From positions 32,001 through 96,000 of IMG/VR virus record IMGVR_UViG_3300025141_000022: 64,000 bases of DNA; one strand, given 5' to 3'. This DNA comes from a virus. Position numbers and translations under genes: made by a program. A model generated the notes under the pieces. The model was given only the letters and a program-made list of their open reading frames with translations, did no database searches and was not told the DNA's origin. This document shows positions 36,362 to 47,537 of the stretch, in pieces (the first letter of the stretch is position 1; each line of letters begins with the position of its first letter).

Positions 36362-39300
36362 ATGAGTGTTAAAGATTTATTTGAAAAACAAAAATTAAAA
36401 GTTATAGCTAATCAATCTCCTGACAGCCAAGCTTCCGATGTTGAGTCGGCCGATTGGGTTGCCTCAAAGATGGCCAGTGATAAAACTGTTTATCCAAGAA
36501 TTGATTTTACAACCGCATCAAACTTTGCTCGTTGGGGCTCTGCAGAACAGTATTATAAAGACGCCTGGACTAGAATTGCAGATCAGTATCCTTATGATGG
36601 CTCTAAAACTGAAAAGCAACAGTGGATCCAAAACTCGTCACAATTTGATTTATTCATATTCGACACAGAATATCCCAGGACCACTGGATATGTTACCCTA
36701 TCGTATAACGGCGGTTCAGGATGGGGAAATACATCTTCTTCTGGAATTAGTGCCGCACCATCTGGCGGTTATGGATTCCCTTCTGATGTAGAGTATATTG
36801 AAATCTTAGGTGGACCGCATACCTCCTCTGGTGGAATGGTAGGCAAATCCCTACATTCAGTCTTTACTAGTTCCAATAAGTTTCATGACGATCTGACAGC
36901 TTCATATGATTTTAGATATGGAACAAGAGAATCAAACTTAAAATATGATCTTAATTATGTCAGTGGCGGTGTAACTTTAGAATTTTGGTTCAAAAAAGAA
37001 TCTTTCGATGCTACCAAGACACGAAAAGAAATTATATTTGACTTATGGAATGGCAAGGCATCATCGAGCACAGACTATGGTCGCCTCACGGTTGAGTTAA
37101 CTTCATCACATGAAGCAGGGACGCCGTTTAGATTAACCTGTATGTCGGGCACAACTGGTGTCAACTTCGGATTGTTGGGCTCGGATGTTACAACTGGTTC
37201 ACTAGAAAGTTGGCAACACTACGCTATTTCTGTAGGTAACACCGGAAATGGCCATCTACAAGCAAAATTGTATATTTCTGGTACACTTAATGACGAAAGA
37301 GTATTCAACAATCAAGCATTCACGACTCCAGTTACAGGAGCACTAAACGCTTATATCGGAGCACTGAGGACAGCCCCATCAGGCGCTACAGATGTTTCTT
37401 TAACTAGTTCATGGAAAGGTGCTGGTAAATTATCAGCTTCTATGGATGAGTTTAGATACTGGAAAGGACTTCGTACAGCTAAAGATATAGGAAGAAACTG
37501 GTGGACACAATATGCCGGCGGCTCCAATACAGATCTTTCTAATACATCACTGGGTGTGTATTATAAATTTAATGAAGGCGTTTGCGAAATTGAAAAGCAT
37601 GATACTGTGCTTTTGGACTATTCTGGACGAATTACAAATGGATCTTGGGTTGGATACACACTGGGCGCAAGAAATACAGGATCTGCAATTGTTTCCTCTA
37701 GTTATACATCGGCCTCAGCCGAATTTCATGATCCAATTATCTATAGAAACCATCCTACAGTAGCTGCTACATGTGATAGACTTTTAGTGTCTGGCTCCGA
37801 GTGGGATTTATACAACAACGCAACGATTTTTGGAAGTATACCAGAATGGATTACAACTGACGACGATCCAAGCACCGGCACAGGCGCAAATCAATTATTG
37901 CAGCTAACACAGATAATGGGTAGCTATTTTGATACAGTGCATGCACAAATTGATTTCTTAAATCAGATCAAAGATCCAGCATATATGAGTGGCAGTACTT
38001 TAAGTTCTAGAGCTTTTGAGCATTCTAAAAGGCTTCTTGAAGATCAAGGATTGCTAGTGCCAGAGCTGTTTATAGATGCAGACATTATAAGTCAAATTGA
38101 TCAAAGAGACGAAACGCGTGAATACGAGATGGATCTTGTTGATGTCAAAAACATGATTTATCAAAACATATATAATAATTTGACTTACATGTTTAAGTCC
38201 AAAGGTACAGAAAAGAGCCTTAGAAACATGCTCCGATGTTTTGGTGTGGATGACGAACTTATTAAGATTAATCTGTACGCCGATTCAGTTAAATACAAAT
38301 TTCTAGATAACTATCGCACTATCTCAGTAAGAAAGAACTATGCTGATTTTAATGATCCAGATCGATTCGACTCATCTGTGTATCAACAGACTGCTAGTAA
38401 TAATGCAGATAGCGTATCATTTATTTCGGGTTCTGGAGATGACGCCAAAGAGCCATCATTGGGGATGACCACGACATGTGAAGTTTATTTCCCAAATAAA
38501 TTGCCAGAAGATCATGAAGCATATTTTGATACACCATTTACAACGGCTTCCGTTTGGGGTATGCATACAGCAGATGGAGATAATCCAACTGACTTTGCCT
38601 ATACAACAGCCACCAACTACGCTAATTTCCATGTATATGCGATCAGGGATGAATTAGAATCACCACACGTTTCTTTCATGCTTTCTTCTTCGGCGCCCTA
38701 TTATATGCCAACGCTGACGAGTAGTTTGTTTTACGATGTATATGATGGGGATAGATGGCACCTATCGGTAAGGGTCAAGCCTCAGCCGGTTGACTTAGTG
38801 GCAAGTGGAAGTAGTGGTAGTTATGATGTAGAGTTCCATGGCGTGCAGATGATAATGGGAACTGCACTCAATGAGTTTTTAGCTACAGGTTCGATGACAA
38901 ACGCACAAGGTAAAGCATTCCTGAAATCAGGAAAGAGGCTCTATGCCGGCGCCCAAAGAACAAATGTTACAAGCTCTGCCGTAGTGAAATATAGTGATGT
39001 AAGACTCTCTTCTGTGAGATATTGGGCCGATTATCTTGAATTAGATGCCTTACATGCCCATGCAAAAGATTCTAAAAATGTTGGCGTACTGTATCCTGAT
39101 AGGAGCATTAGTGCAGCCAACACAACATTAAACAATAGAAAAATTCACAAAGCAAACACATTGGCTCTTCATTGGAGCTTCAATAATCTTTCTAGCTCCG
39201 ATGATGGTGGAGATGCAGTTGGCACCGCTGGCTCCAGTGATGCAGGGTTTTGGATAGAGGATGATACATCTGGCTCTGTTACACTTAAAAGTAGAGATGG

Positions 39301-42300
39301 CTGGATGGGCGGAATCACGGGCCCACAACACACCGCCCGAGGCAGCTACTACATGGCTAGTGATACAGGCAGTATTTCACAGCAGCACATTTCTACGATG
39401 AAGCAAAACATACCTGAAGCTATGAGTATGACCGATCAGATTGAGATTCGTTCACAAGATGATTTGACGTTCACAAAGGATTCGCGGCCAATAAACATGT
39501 TCTATGCAATCGAGAAGAGTATGTATCAGACGATCTCTGAAGAAATGCTCAACATGTTTGCTACAATTGTTGAATTTAATAATCTTATTGGCGAGCCAGT
39601 ACATAGATATCGACAAGAATATAAAGATTTGTCTGTACTGCGACAAATGTTTTTTGAAAAGGTAAAAAATACACCAGATTTAGATAAGTATATTCAATTT
39701 TATAAGTGGCTTGATAGTGCATTGTCAATATTACTAATGCAACTAATGCCAGCTTCAGCAAATTCATCTAATGGTATTAGAACACTAGTAGAAAGCCACG
39801 TCTTAGAAAGAAACAAATATTGGAATAAATTTCCAACATTAGAAATGAAAGTGGATGATCCTGAATCCGGCGCCGAAGGTATCAATAAGCACCTGTATAA
39901 TTGGAGATTTGGGCACGCTCCAATAAGCAAAAGTGAAAGAGATAATGTTTTTTGGTGGAACCAAAGAGCGGAAAGGGATGAGGATATTTCTACCCTTGCT
40001 GGTGCAGCCATTTCATCTTCTGTTGCCGATGTCAACACAGACAGAGCAAGGATGTTATCGTCAAGTGTACAGGTATTGACTAGAAAATACACCACACCAT
40101 TTAGATTTGCCGTAGATGAATCAAAAGAATATCGTGGTGGAGTTAATGCAGAGAAGAACAAGAAGCGCGATCTGGTTTACACCATGACCACTCCAGCCGG
40201 CCATATTAATGTTCCAACAGAGATTCCAAAGAATATTATGATTGTTGATGATATTGATGTTGGTACAATGGATCGCGGCCCAACTCGGCCTGGCAATAAT
40301 GATTTGGACATTCTTGAGCCAAACAGAAAATACAAGTACAATTTTAAGCTTCGCACATTTAAAGACGATCAGGATCCCAAAGACTCATACGTTTCAATAA
40401 TGAAGGGTTCCTTTGCGGTACCATTCGTCATTGTCAGTTCTTCAGTTACCTCTGGATATAACGCAGACTTTATTGATAAATTTATGTCTGGAGCACAAAT
40501 TACTAACTTACATCATGACGCGTATGGACCGGATTACGAAGTGCCGATGCAAGGCCCGTTCACTAACAAATATGTTGGAGGACATCAGAGCCGTCATATT
40601 GAATTGAATTCATATGCTTCCCGCGCAGCAGGTTCTGCATCAGCACATGCCGGCTTAGATAGTCATCTGACACGTCCTGAAGCTTGGAAATTGCTCTTTG
40701 GACCGACAGTATGGGAAGCTGCAGCGCATGATACTGTAGCGCTCGTCTCTGCCTCTATGTTGGGTTTTGTGGGTGCAGACTATCCTCACCCTGTCGGAAA
40801 CCCCGGCGAGCCCTCATACCCCGTTACAGCGGCTTTAAAGGCAACTCGATATAGAGAAGAGCACGCTAAGCGCCCGGTAAATATTCGGAATATCATGCTT
40901 ACAACCGGCTCTTACACTTTAGGTGCCGGCCACGAATTGTTGCGACACGCGGCTCAAACAAAGGCCCCTACGGTTCTTGGCAACTATAGAAAGCCTTACA
41001 ATTATGTGCATACTGCTGGACGGATAACACAGAGAAGGTATCTAAGAGACTTTTCAGGCTCTTCTGTCTTGCCGGAAATTTTAACTGGCTCTGGCCTACA
41101 TGCAACGACTAACCCGCATGCCTTGATTGGAATTTATAATCCCAGATATGGTGGAGTTGGTGTTGTGTTTGGCAGGGATCAATCACAACTATTTAGGAAT
41201 AGAAAGTCCGACGATTCAGCATACGAGGATGGCCGAAGTGTCTTTGAAATGCCGAGAAGGCAAAAACAAGAAGTTGTATTTGTAAATAGATTTTCCGCTC
41301 CTGGCTCTTGGGAAACCAGTCACGGGTTCTTAGATGTACACTCTGGAGAATACTCAGTATATAATAGCTTAAACTATAGAAATATGTTTGTCCGTGGTTC
41401 CTCGTCAGGCGAGGGTAATGCATCAATTTATAGAGTTTCAAACCATATGACTAGAGACATGTCTCACCTTACAAGAGAAACTAGAGATGGTCTTGCGGCA
41501 TTATTACAGCGTCCTGCTGGTCGATTCGGAATTGACTCTGTATATGGTGCCGTAACGGCTGAAGATTATGATGCCTCAGCATCATTCCACAAAGTTCCTA
41601 GAAATCTTCTTAGAAGGCTAGAGTTTAATAAGACTGGCTCATATGATCTCTCATCGGAAGGTGGCCCATCGGTTGGAGCAAGCCTTAATAGTGAAACGTT
41701 CACAACGGCTTCGAAGTACGATAACTTCTACATTCAGCACCCTATTCCAAGATCAGATTTCCAATATAAGTGGATTCATGATTCTGCAGGTCGCTCTATG
41801 AGAACGGGTAGCCATTGGAGTAAAAAGTGGCAGCAAGGCGACTTATGGTTTGGGTATGCTCCGGTTGACGGACTACTCTCAGGTTCTGATCCCGATAGTC
41901 CTGAAATGTGGGCCTCGGCTTTCACATGGCCGACCAGCAGTGATTACGGATTTGTTACTGCATTATCAGGTGGTGGAGTAGCAGAAGGTAAATTAATAAA
42001 CTCTGCTAGTTACGCCGGCCATGCTAACAGCGGATCCGCCAAGTTCCTTTTTGCTCTTAATGAAAGAATACATACCGGGTCCGACAAGGGATACAACAAC
42101 AAAGCAGACACAAACCTCAACACCGACGCGCTTGGCCGCCAAGCATATAGAAGCTATAGATTCAATTGGGCAATGAAAAACTTCCCAATTGTAGATCCAG
42201 TTGTGGCAGAGTCTAACTCACTGGGCCATTTTGCTTCAGGAGCACACTCGCCCCCAGGAATCAGTGTAGGTATTAATAGTGACGGCGGTGCGATTGATCC

Positions 42301-45300
42301 CGACCTTCGCACGACCCCGGAGAAACGCGAAGGAAGAGCCGGTATTGGTATTTATCCAATAGATGGCGCCACTGACGTGTTCGATAGTTACAGGTGGATT
42401 ACAGCTTCTTATTGGGCCGGCCAAGGTGGTGATGAAACCCTCGGCCGCAATCCGCATGTGGCCTTTGAGGCCATGGTGATAGCCGCTGATGGACCCAAAG
42501 AGTTTGGAGGAGTGTGGAACAACGTCAAGACCGGTTCTGGTGATGATAAATGGCATCGCTGGATAACTCTTGCCGATGATAATGATATGGAAGAACATTT
42601 CGCTCCCCCTGATGGTGCAGCCATTTCTCACCGCGATTTGGTTACAAATGTTGAATTGACAAACGCTTTGATTCTACAAAGAAACCGTGGACCCCATGGG
42701 TGGCCATCATGGAAACAAATTAGAGGCTCAGAGCATCCAGTTGTGATAGCTCAAAGAAAAACAAATACGATTTCTGTACTAGATGAGCCAGTTACTATAA
42801 CGTTGCCAATGACAGCTAGCAGTACAACACTGTCCTTGAGCCCGTATGTTAAATCATGGCGAGGCCACAGGTTTACAAATTATGTGGAACCCGTTGTATC
42901 AAGAAACCACCCAATGGTCACAATTGTTGGAGATGCAGCGGTAACACACACATACAACAATAATCTAGAAATGTTTTCAAACCCTGTACTAAACGAGAGG
43001 TTAGGCACATTTAGCTCTAATGAAGAAGGCAATCAGATGTATGATTCTCTATTGCCGACATACGCGACAGCCACAGGTATTACTCGTGTAGGAGGCTTAC
43101 AGCGACCTTCATTCGGCCTCAAGTACACCGAAACAGTTTTCCCACGCAAAGAGAATGCCTATCAGCGCAAGTCTTATTATAGAGAAAACTGGAATACAAT
43201 GTATTGGAAGAATAAGAGATGGGAAAGAATGGAAGGTCGCGGTGCGCTATTTGGAATCCCCTTCGGCTTGCCAATTAGTCACTCCAATCATCCTTCTGCC
43301 GGCGGCTTTGTTGAAGGCCGACATGGGCTGTCCCAGTCATATTGGCCATTTGCTGCCACCAATCATGGCGTTGTACAGGACGCTTCGAATACGCCGGGGC
43401 TTGCATTTGTAAGAGTTGCCTCCGCTAGCGTTTGGCCCCTGGACGCAAGGCAAAACTTTGCTTATGCCCCAATTGCACCGGTCCTTGGATGGGATTATAC
43501 GAGCAGCGTTGACTACGGATATGGCACAACGAATGATGGAAACCCCTTCGGAAATGGGATTAACCCAGAACAATTAGGAGAGGATTTTCAACTGCATGCA
43601 ACAGGTACTTTTCGAACTCTAAGTTCTGATGGTGGCCTTCGTGCAGCTATTGCCGGGCACCCGACAATGAGCTATTTCGGTTACAGCCCCGGCTCACGAA
43701 TACCAGATCCTGCGATTAATGGTTCTAACTCTTCATGGTTTTATGTTCGTGGAGCCCCTTGTGGCATTCTGCAAAATAGTTTTACACAATTTTCCTGTTC
43801 GTGGAATGAAGAACTTGAGCGCCAATGGGAACAGTCCACTGGATTAAGTGCCGCCGAGATAAGCACTCAACGCCAATACGTTTTAGGCAAAGGGCCAAAA
43901 AGCCGGCCAATGTTTATGGCAGGTCCGATTTATGCGAGAAGGCATACACTTCCGACAGCATCTTCGCTATATTCTCCTTCTCATGGCTTTGCCTCCATCG
44001 AAATCATGGCCGACACGACCGCAACCCCTGGAGGTACAAACCATTGGAGACTGTCTGGCTCAAATACCATAAATACAGATCAAATGTTTGGAGGCGACAC
44101 TCTGTGGGAAGCCGGCGATCAGGCCGCAGCCCAGGGTTCTTGCTCCTTGGATGCCCCGTTCTATGAATCTTATGAGGATTATGCTAAAGATCTAAAATCA
44201 AGAGGAAAAGGGTACGGCCTGATCCCAGAGTTTAGGATTTCCGATCATATGGAAGATTATATTGTCAATCATGACGGTAATTTCATGACAGAAAACTTAG
44301 ATTACTTTAATGTTACTGGGGCTTCTGGAGTTTCAGGGTCTAGTGAAGACGACTTCTTTAAAATATACAGCAATACAGACTTTATGAAGCACTTTGAAAA
44401 GATTAATAATGATCATGATTTTACTGGCGGCCCAGCGTCTATCTCGTTAAAAATGAAGGCGATAAAGAAATTCGTTCCATATAGTAGTTTTTATCCTGCT
44501 CTTCACACTGTGGAAATGTCAAAATTGTTTGCTAAGTGTTATGGCGAGTATGTTATAAATCCTGCCCGACCCGCAGATAACGAAGCCGGGGATACCTTTA
44601 AGTGGGGTGCTATGAACAATGAACAAGCGGCATTTTGTAAACCCTTCTTTGGCCCTGGAGTGTTGTTTAATGCGATAAAATCAGGAATTGCAGTAGACTA
44701 CCCATTTACTACTGGTTCTACCACAACATTTGCGGCTCATGAAGCTGTCGCAGCACCGTATTGGCCTGTCCTTGCTGGCTGGTCCGGTCTTCCCGTGTCG
44801 GCTTCTACGCTGGCCGGCGGCGCAGGACACAACTGGGGCGCGATCCCTTGGCTAGTAGAAGATAAAACTGGACATACAGCCAATAGCTCACTGAGTATGA
44901 GTTATGACTATTCCTCTCAAAAGATGCTGGGCGTCAAACATGGAAACGCAGATGGTCCAGGCTATCGCGGCTTTCTGGAATCCACCGCCGAGTTGTTGGC
45001 ATTTTGTGCTCAAAATAACAATATGTTAAATTGGAGCAGCTATTCAAGCAACGTAGATCATGGATCAGCCCGTCTGCTATATACCGCTGAAAGTACTGTT
45101 TATAATCCGCAGGCGTCTTATTACAAACGCTTGCCATTTGAGGCTCTAGTGGAGCCAGAAAAATATGTTAAGGATCAGTGGATCACATGGGATGAGCCAC
45201 ATCCATCGTGCTCGTTTACAAGAAGCTACGCCGGCGGAGGCCACATGCCTGAAGACGGAACATGGTCAGCGACCTTTACGCCCTCTATGGGTACTGCCTC

Positions 45301-47518
45301 ATGGAATGGCGACGGGGATATGCGATATAAACTGGCTATGAACAACTTCTTAGCAGAGGTGCCCACATTCTTCTTAAAGGGTGCAGGGATGTCAACTATG
45401 GTATCGCGCCCAGAATCCGATCCGCAATTCGGTGTTGCTGAGCGAGGCAAAGTATATGCTGCTATGGTTAAACTTAGAAAAAGTCGCTCAAAGACCGGGC
45501 AAGGCCGCACCGTGTATGATGTATCTGGTACTTTACAACAGGATGGTTTAGGTTATGAGCGCCCATCTGAGCCATATCCAGAAACAATTACAATGTACAG
45601 CAGACCTTCAGCTTTTGGACCACCAACTTATTATTCTTTCATGGGTTTTTATCCACAGTATACGCCTCCTTATTATGATGGAGAGGCTTGGGCCATCTTA
45701 AGGTTTACCGGCTCGGATGAAGGAATTACGCCCAACGGCTTTGGGGGTCAGTTCAATAAATTTACCCTAGATGAGATTTTACAACACACTCAGGTGGAAT
45801 ATGTTAGGGTATCACACACTGGATCTGTCTGGGCTGTAGTGCCGCATCAGTCGGGATCGGGACTAGCTTATCGGGATGGGCTGTGTTTACACGAAAAAGT
45901 TAACGATCAGGCAATGCAAGTGTCCGCATCATTAAATCTTTTCCAGAAAGCAGAAATTAAATCTGTTGAATATGATGCAATTACCGGTCTACCATTATCA
46001 GTCACTGATGATCCAACAGCGAACTATCAAGTTTGGGCAATTCAGCCTAAATGGGAAACGCCAATTCTTAACTTTAAGGGCGTTGATGTCACTATGCCAA
46101 AATACGGCTCAGGTTCGTGCGCCCGAGGGATGTGGCATCAATATGGAAGAACTCCGACAGGCTCCGAGGGAATTTATATGGAAATTGTAGATGTGCCAGA
46201 ATCATATATTCTTAATGGGCCCACTGGCCTAGGTCAATTTGATACTCACAACGGCCATGCACCAATTCACCATATTGATAGTAGACAATATGTTGATTAT
46301 TATACTGGTACCGACTCGTCGGTTTCGGGCATCGGTGCGCTTATATATGGAAACGCCCCCGCCACCGCCGTCAGTGATACACAAGCCGCCCGAGAAGCTG
46401 GTTTAAACAAGACTGGCTCTTTGGCAGATTTAGTAGGATTCAGTCAGCAGCCAGTCAAGTTGGGCCAGACCGCACAGTCAAAGACGGTTTCTGAAGCAGT
46501 CATCGCCGTACCATTTATGGAGAGAAATGGCGAACGAGTGCTGTTCAACATTAGCAGAGACACGATCAATGAAGCACAATACAAGCTCATTGGTGGAGCC
46601 CGCCGCGAATTGGGACTCTCTTCGGACGGGTATGATATAAATCCAGGCGATACTATTATGTCAATGGTTGAAAAAATGGGAAGATATGTATTCCCACCAA
46701 AGATGGACTTTATTACAAATGAAGATGTTGAGCCGTATGCGATGTATATATTTGAATTTCAACACACCTTCGATCAAACAGATTTGATAAATATGTGGCA
46801 AAACTTGCCGCCAAAATCCGCCACAAAGGTGGAGACACAAACAGTAACTATTACGCATGAATTATTAGCCTCAGAATTGCTTGGCTTGCAGCAACAAGAG
46901 AGCGGCAAGAAGCTTCCAAATGAGCTTCAATGGATGGTGTTTAAGGTGAAGCAAAAGGCAAATAAAGATTATTTCAGTAAAATCTTTGGCTCAAACTCTA
47001 AACAAGATACAGCGAATCGGACAGCATTCTCAGCAGTGAACACAAATACGTTTAGATTTAATTTTGGCGAGTTGACCAATGATACTGTTTCGAGTCAAGA
47101 GCAGGCGCCAGATTATAGTTATAACTGGCCGTATGACTACTTCTCACTTGTAGAGTTGGCTCAGCTGGATGTATCTGTGACATGGGGAGATGTGCCATTA
47201 CCGGGAACTACCGCGATATCAGTACCACAATATTCAGCAGCAGGAACAAATATGCAAGCATCTAGACTGCAAGTTGGCCAAGAACCTCTCATCGCGGCCC
47301 CAGGACTTGTAACTCAATTGGACTTTTCGAATCCCCGCACCGGTGGCACCCGCGCTACGGCATCTCCCGTCACGACAGCTAATGCAGATATTTTAGCCTC
47401 AGCAGTAGAATTTTCAGCTACTGCATCACCAGTCGCAGCTGCAGCCACTGCAGTAACTTCTACAATTACGGCCACTGCTGGTAGTGCTAAGTTGGATGCT
47501 ATTGTGAAGAAAATATAA
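36362..47518 (+). CDS. Giant baseplate/tail protein with LamG-like domains and a gp7/gpI-like segment, 3718 aa
   Basis: LamG-like VTLEFWFKK..WQHYAISV..MDEFRYW and WHLSVRV..SVRYW; YMFKSKGTEKSLRNMLRCFG wedge motif; single uninterrupted ORF. Confidence 0.75.
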   Translation: MSVKDLFEKQKLKVIANQSPDSQASDVESADWVASKMASDKTVYPRIDFTTASNFARWGSAEQYYKDAWTRIADQYPYDGSKTEKQQWIQNSSQFDLFIFDTEYPRTTGYVTLSYNGGSGWGNTSSSGISAAPSGGYGFPSDVEYIEILGGPHTSSGGMVGKSLHSVFTSSNKFHDDLTASYDFRYGTRESNLKYDLNYVSGGVTLEFWFKKESFDATKTRKEIIFDLWNGKASSSTDYGRLTVELTSSHEAGTPFRLTCMSGTTGVNFGLLGSDVTTGSLESWQHYAISVGNTGNGHLQAKLYISGTLNDERVFNNQAFTTPVTGALNAYIGALRTAPSGATDVSLTSSWKGAGKLSASMDEFRYWKGLRTAKDIGRNWWTQYAGGSNTDLSNTSLGVYYKFNEGVCEIEKHDTVLLDYSGRITNGSWVGYTLGARNTGSAIVSSSYTSASAEFHDPIIYRNHPTVAATCDRLLVSGSEWDLYNNATIFGSIPEWITTDDDPSTGTGANQLLQLTQIMGSYFDTVHAQIDFLNQIKDPAYMSGSTLSSRAFEHSKRLLEDQGLLVPELFIDADIISQIDQRDETREYEMDLVDVKNMIYQNIYNNLTYMFKSKGTEKSLRNMLRCFGVDDELIKINLYADSVKYKFLDNYRTISVRKNYADFNDPDRFDSSVYQQTASNNADSVSFISGSGDDAKEPSLGMTTTCEVYFPNKLPEDHEAYFDTPFTTASVWGMHTADGDNPTDFAYTTATNYANFHVYAIRDELESPHVSFMLSSSAPYYMPTLTSSLFYDVYDGDRWHLSVRVKPQPVDLVASGSSGSYDVEFHGVQMIMGTALNEFLATGSMTNAQGKAFLKSGKRLYAGAQRTNVTSSAVVKYSDVRLSSVRYWADYLELDALHAHAKDSKNVGVLYPDRSISAANTTLNNRKIHKANTLALHWSFNNLSSSDDGGDAVGTAGSSDAGFWIEDDTSGSVTLKSRDGWMGGITGPQHTARGSYYMASDTGSISQQHISTMKQNIPEAMSMTDQIEIRSQDDLTFTKDSRPINMFYAIEKSMYQTISEEMLNMFATIVEFNNLIGEPVHRYRQEYKDLSVLRQMFFEKVKNTPDLDKYIQFYKWLDSALSILLMQLMPASANSSNGIRTLVESHVLERNKYWNKFPTLEMKVDDPESGAEGINKHLYNWRFGHAPISKSERDNVFWWNQRAERDEDISTLAGAAISSSVADVNTDRARMLSSSVQVLTRKYTTPFRFAVDESKEYRGGVNAEKNKKRDLVYTMTTPAGHINVPTEIPKNIMIVDDIDVGTMDRGPTRPGNNDLDILEPNRKYKYNFKLRTFKDDQDPKDSYVSIMKGSFAVPFVIVSSSVTSGYNADFIDKFMSGAQITNLHHDAYGPDYEVPMQGPFTNKYVGGHQSRHIELNSYASRAAGSASAHAGLDSHLTRPEAWKLLFGPTVWEAAAHDTVALVSASMLGFVGADYPHPVGNPGEPSYPVTAALKATRYREEHAKRPVNIRNIMLTTGSYTLGAGHELLRHAAQTKAPTVLGNYRKPYNYVHTAGRITQRRYLRDFSGSSVLPEILTGSGLHATTNPHALIGIYNPRYGGVGVVFGRDQSQLFRNRKSDDSAYEDGRSVFEMPRRQKQEVVFVNRFSAPGSWETSHGFLDVHSGEYSVYNSLNYRNMFVRGSSSGEGNASIYRVSNHMTRDMSHLTRETRDGLAALLQRPAGRFGIDSVYGAVTAEDYDASASFHKVPRNLLRRLEFNKTGSYDLSSEGGPSVGASLNSETFTTASKYDNFYIQHPIPRSDFQYKWIHDSAGRSMRTGSHWSKKWQQGDLWFGYAPVDGLLSGSDPDSPEMWASAFTWPTSSDYGFVTALSGGGVAEGKLINSASYAGHANSGSAKFLFALNERIHTGSDKGYNNKADTNLNTDALGRQAYRSYRFNWAMKNFPIVDPVVAESNSLGHFASGAHSPPGISVGINSDGGAIDPDLRTTPEKREGRAGIGIYPIDGATDVFDSYRWITASYWAGQGGDETLGRNPHVAFEAMVIAADGPKEFGGVWNNVKTGSGDDKWHRWITLADDNDMEEHFAPPDGAAISHRDLVTNVELTNALILQRNRGPHGWPSWKQIRGSEHPVVIAQRKTNTISVLDEPVTITLPMTASSTTLSLSPYVKSWRGHRFTNYVEPVVSRNHPMVTIVGDAAVTHTYNNNLEMFSNPVLNERLGTFSSNEEGNQMYDSLLPTYATATGITRVGGLQRPSFGLKYTETVFPRKENAYQRKSYYRENWNTMYWKNKRWERMEGRGALFGIPFGLPISHSNHPSAGGFVEGRHGLSQSYWPFAATNHGVVQDASNTPGLAFVRVASASVWPLDARQNFAYAPIAPVLGWDYTSSVDYGYGTTNDGNPFGNGINPEQLGEDFQLHATGTFRTLSSDGGLRAAIAGHPTMSYFGYSPGSRIPDPAINGSNSSWFYVRGAPCGILQNSFTQFSCSWNEELERQWEQSTGLSAAEISTQRQYVLGKGPKSRPMFMAGPIYARRHTLPTASSLYSPSHGFASIEIMADTTATPGGTNHWRLSGSNTINTDQMFGGDTLWEAGDQAAAQGSCSLDAPFYESYEDYAKDLKSRGKGYGLIPEFRISDHMEDYIVNHDGNFMTENLDYFNVTGASGVSGSSEDDFFKIYSNTDFMKHFEKINNDHDFTGGPASISLKMKAIKKFVPYSSFYPALHTVEMSKLFAKCYGEYVINPARPADNEAGDTFKWGAMNNEQAAFCKPFFGPGVLFNAIKSGIAVDYPFTTGSTTTFAAHEAVAAPYWPVLAGWSGLPVSASTLAGGAGHNWGAIPWLVEDKTGHTANSSLSMSYDYSSQKMLGVKHGNADGPGYRGFLESTAELLAFCAQNNNMLNWSSYSSNVDHGSARLLYTAESTVYNPQASYYKRLPFEALVEPEKYVKDQWITWDEPHPSCSFTRSYAGGGHMPEDGTWSATFTPSMGTASWNGDGDMRYKLAMNNFLAEVPTFFLKGAGMSTMVSRPESDPQFGVAERGKVYAAMVKLRKSRSKTGQGRTVYDVSGTLQQDGLGYERPSEPYPETITMYSRPSAFGPPTYYSFMGFYPQYTPPYYDGEAWAILRFTGSDEGITPNGFGGQFNKFTLDEILQHTQVEYVRVSHTGSVWAVVPHQSGSGLAYRDGLCLHEKVNDQAMQVSASLNLFQKAEIKSVEYDAITGLPLSVTDDPTANYQVWAIQPKWETPILNFKGVDVTMPKYGSGSCARGMWHQYGRTPTGSEGIYMEIVDVPESYILNGPTGLGQFDTHNGHAPIHHIDSRQYVDYYTGTDSSVSGIGALIYGNAPATAVSDTQAAREAGLNKTGSLADLVGFSQQPVKLGQTAQSKTVSEAVIAVPFMERNGERVLFNISRDTINEAQYKLIGGARRELGLSSDGYDINPGDTIMSMVEKMGRYVFPPKMDFITNEDVEPYAMYIFEFQHTFDQTDLINMWQNLPPKSATKVETQTVTITHELLASELLGLQQQESGKKLPNELQWMVFKVKQKANKDYFSKIFGSNSKQDTANRTAFSAVNTNTFRFNFGELTNDTVSSQEQAPDYSYNWPYDYFSLVELAQLDVSVTWGDVPLPGTTAISVPQYSAAGTNMQASRLQVGQEPLIAAPGLVTQLDFSNPRTGGTRATASPVTTANADILASAVEFSATASPVAAAATAVTSTITATAGSAKLDAIVKKI

Positions 47519-47523
47519 GGAAT

Positions 47524-47532
47524 ACTAGTTAG
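47524..47532 (+). promoter_or_regulatory. Late-promoter motif variant ACTAGTTAG
   Basis: Fills the short gap before ATG 47538; fits ACTAnTTA. Confidence 0.4.
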
Positions 47533-47537
47533 TAACG

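Noticed and set aside
25156-47518. Inteins, introns or homing endonucleases explaining the giant ORFs
   Set aside because: No Hint-type splice junctions, LAGLIDADG, HNH or GIY-YIG motifs recognised, and no interrupted genes; a diverged element cannot be excluded without HMMs.
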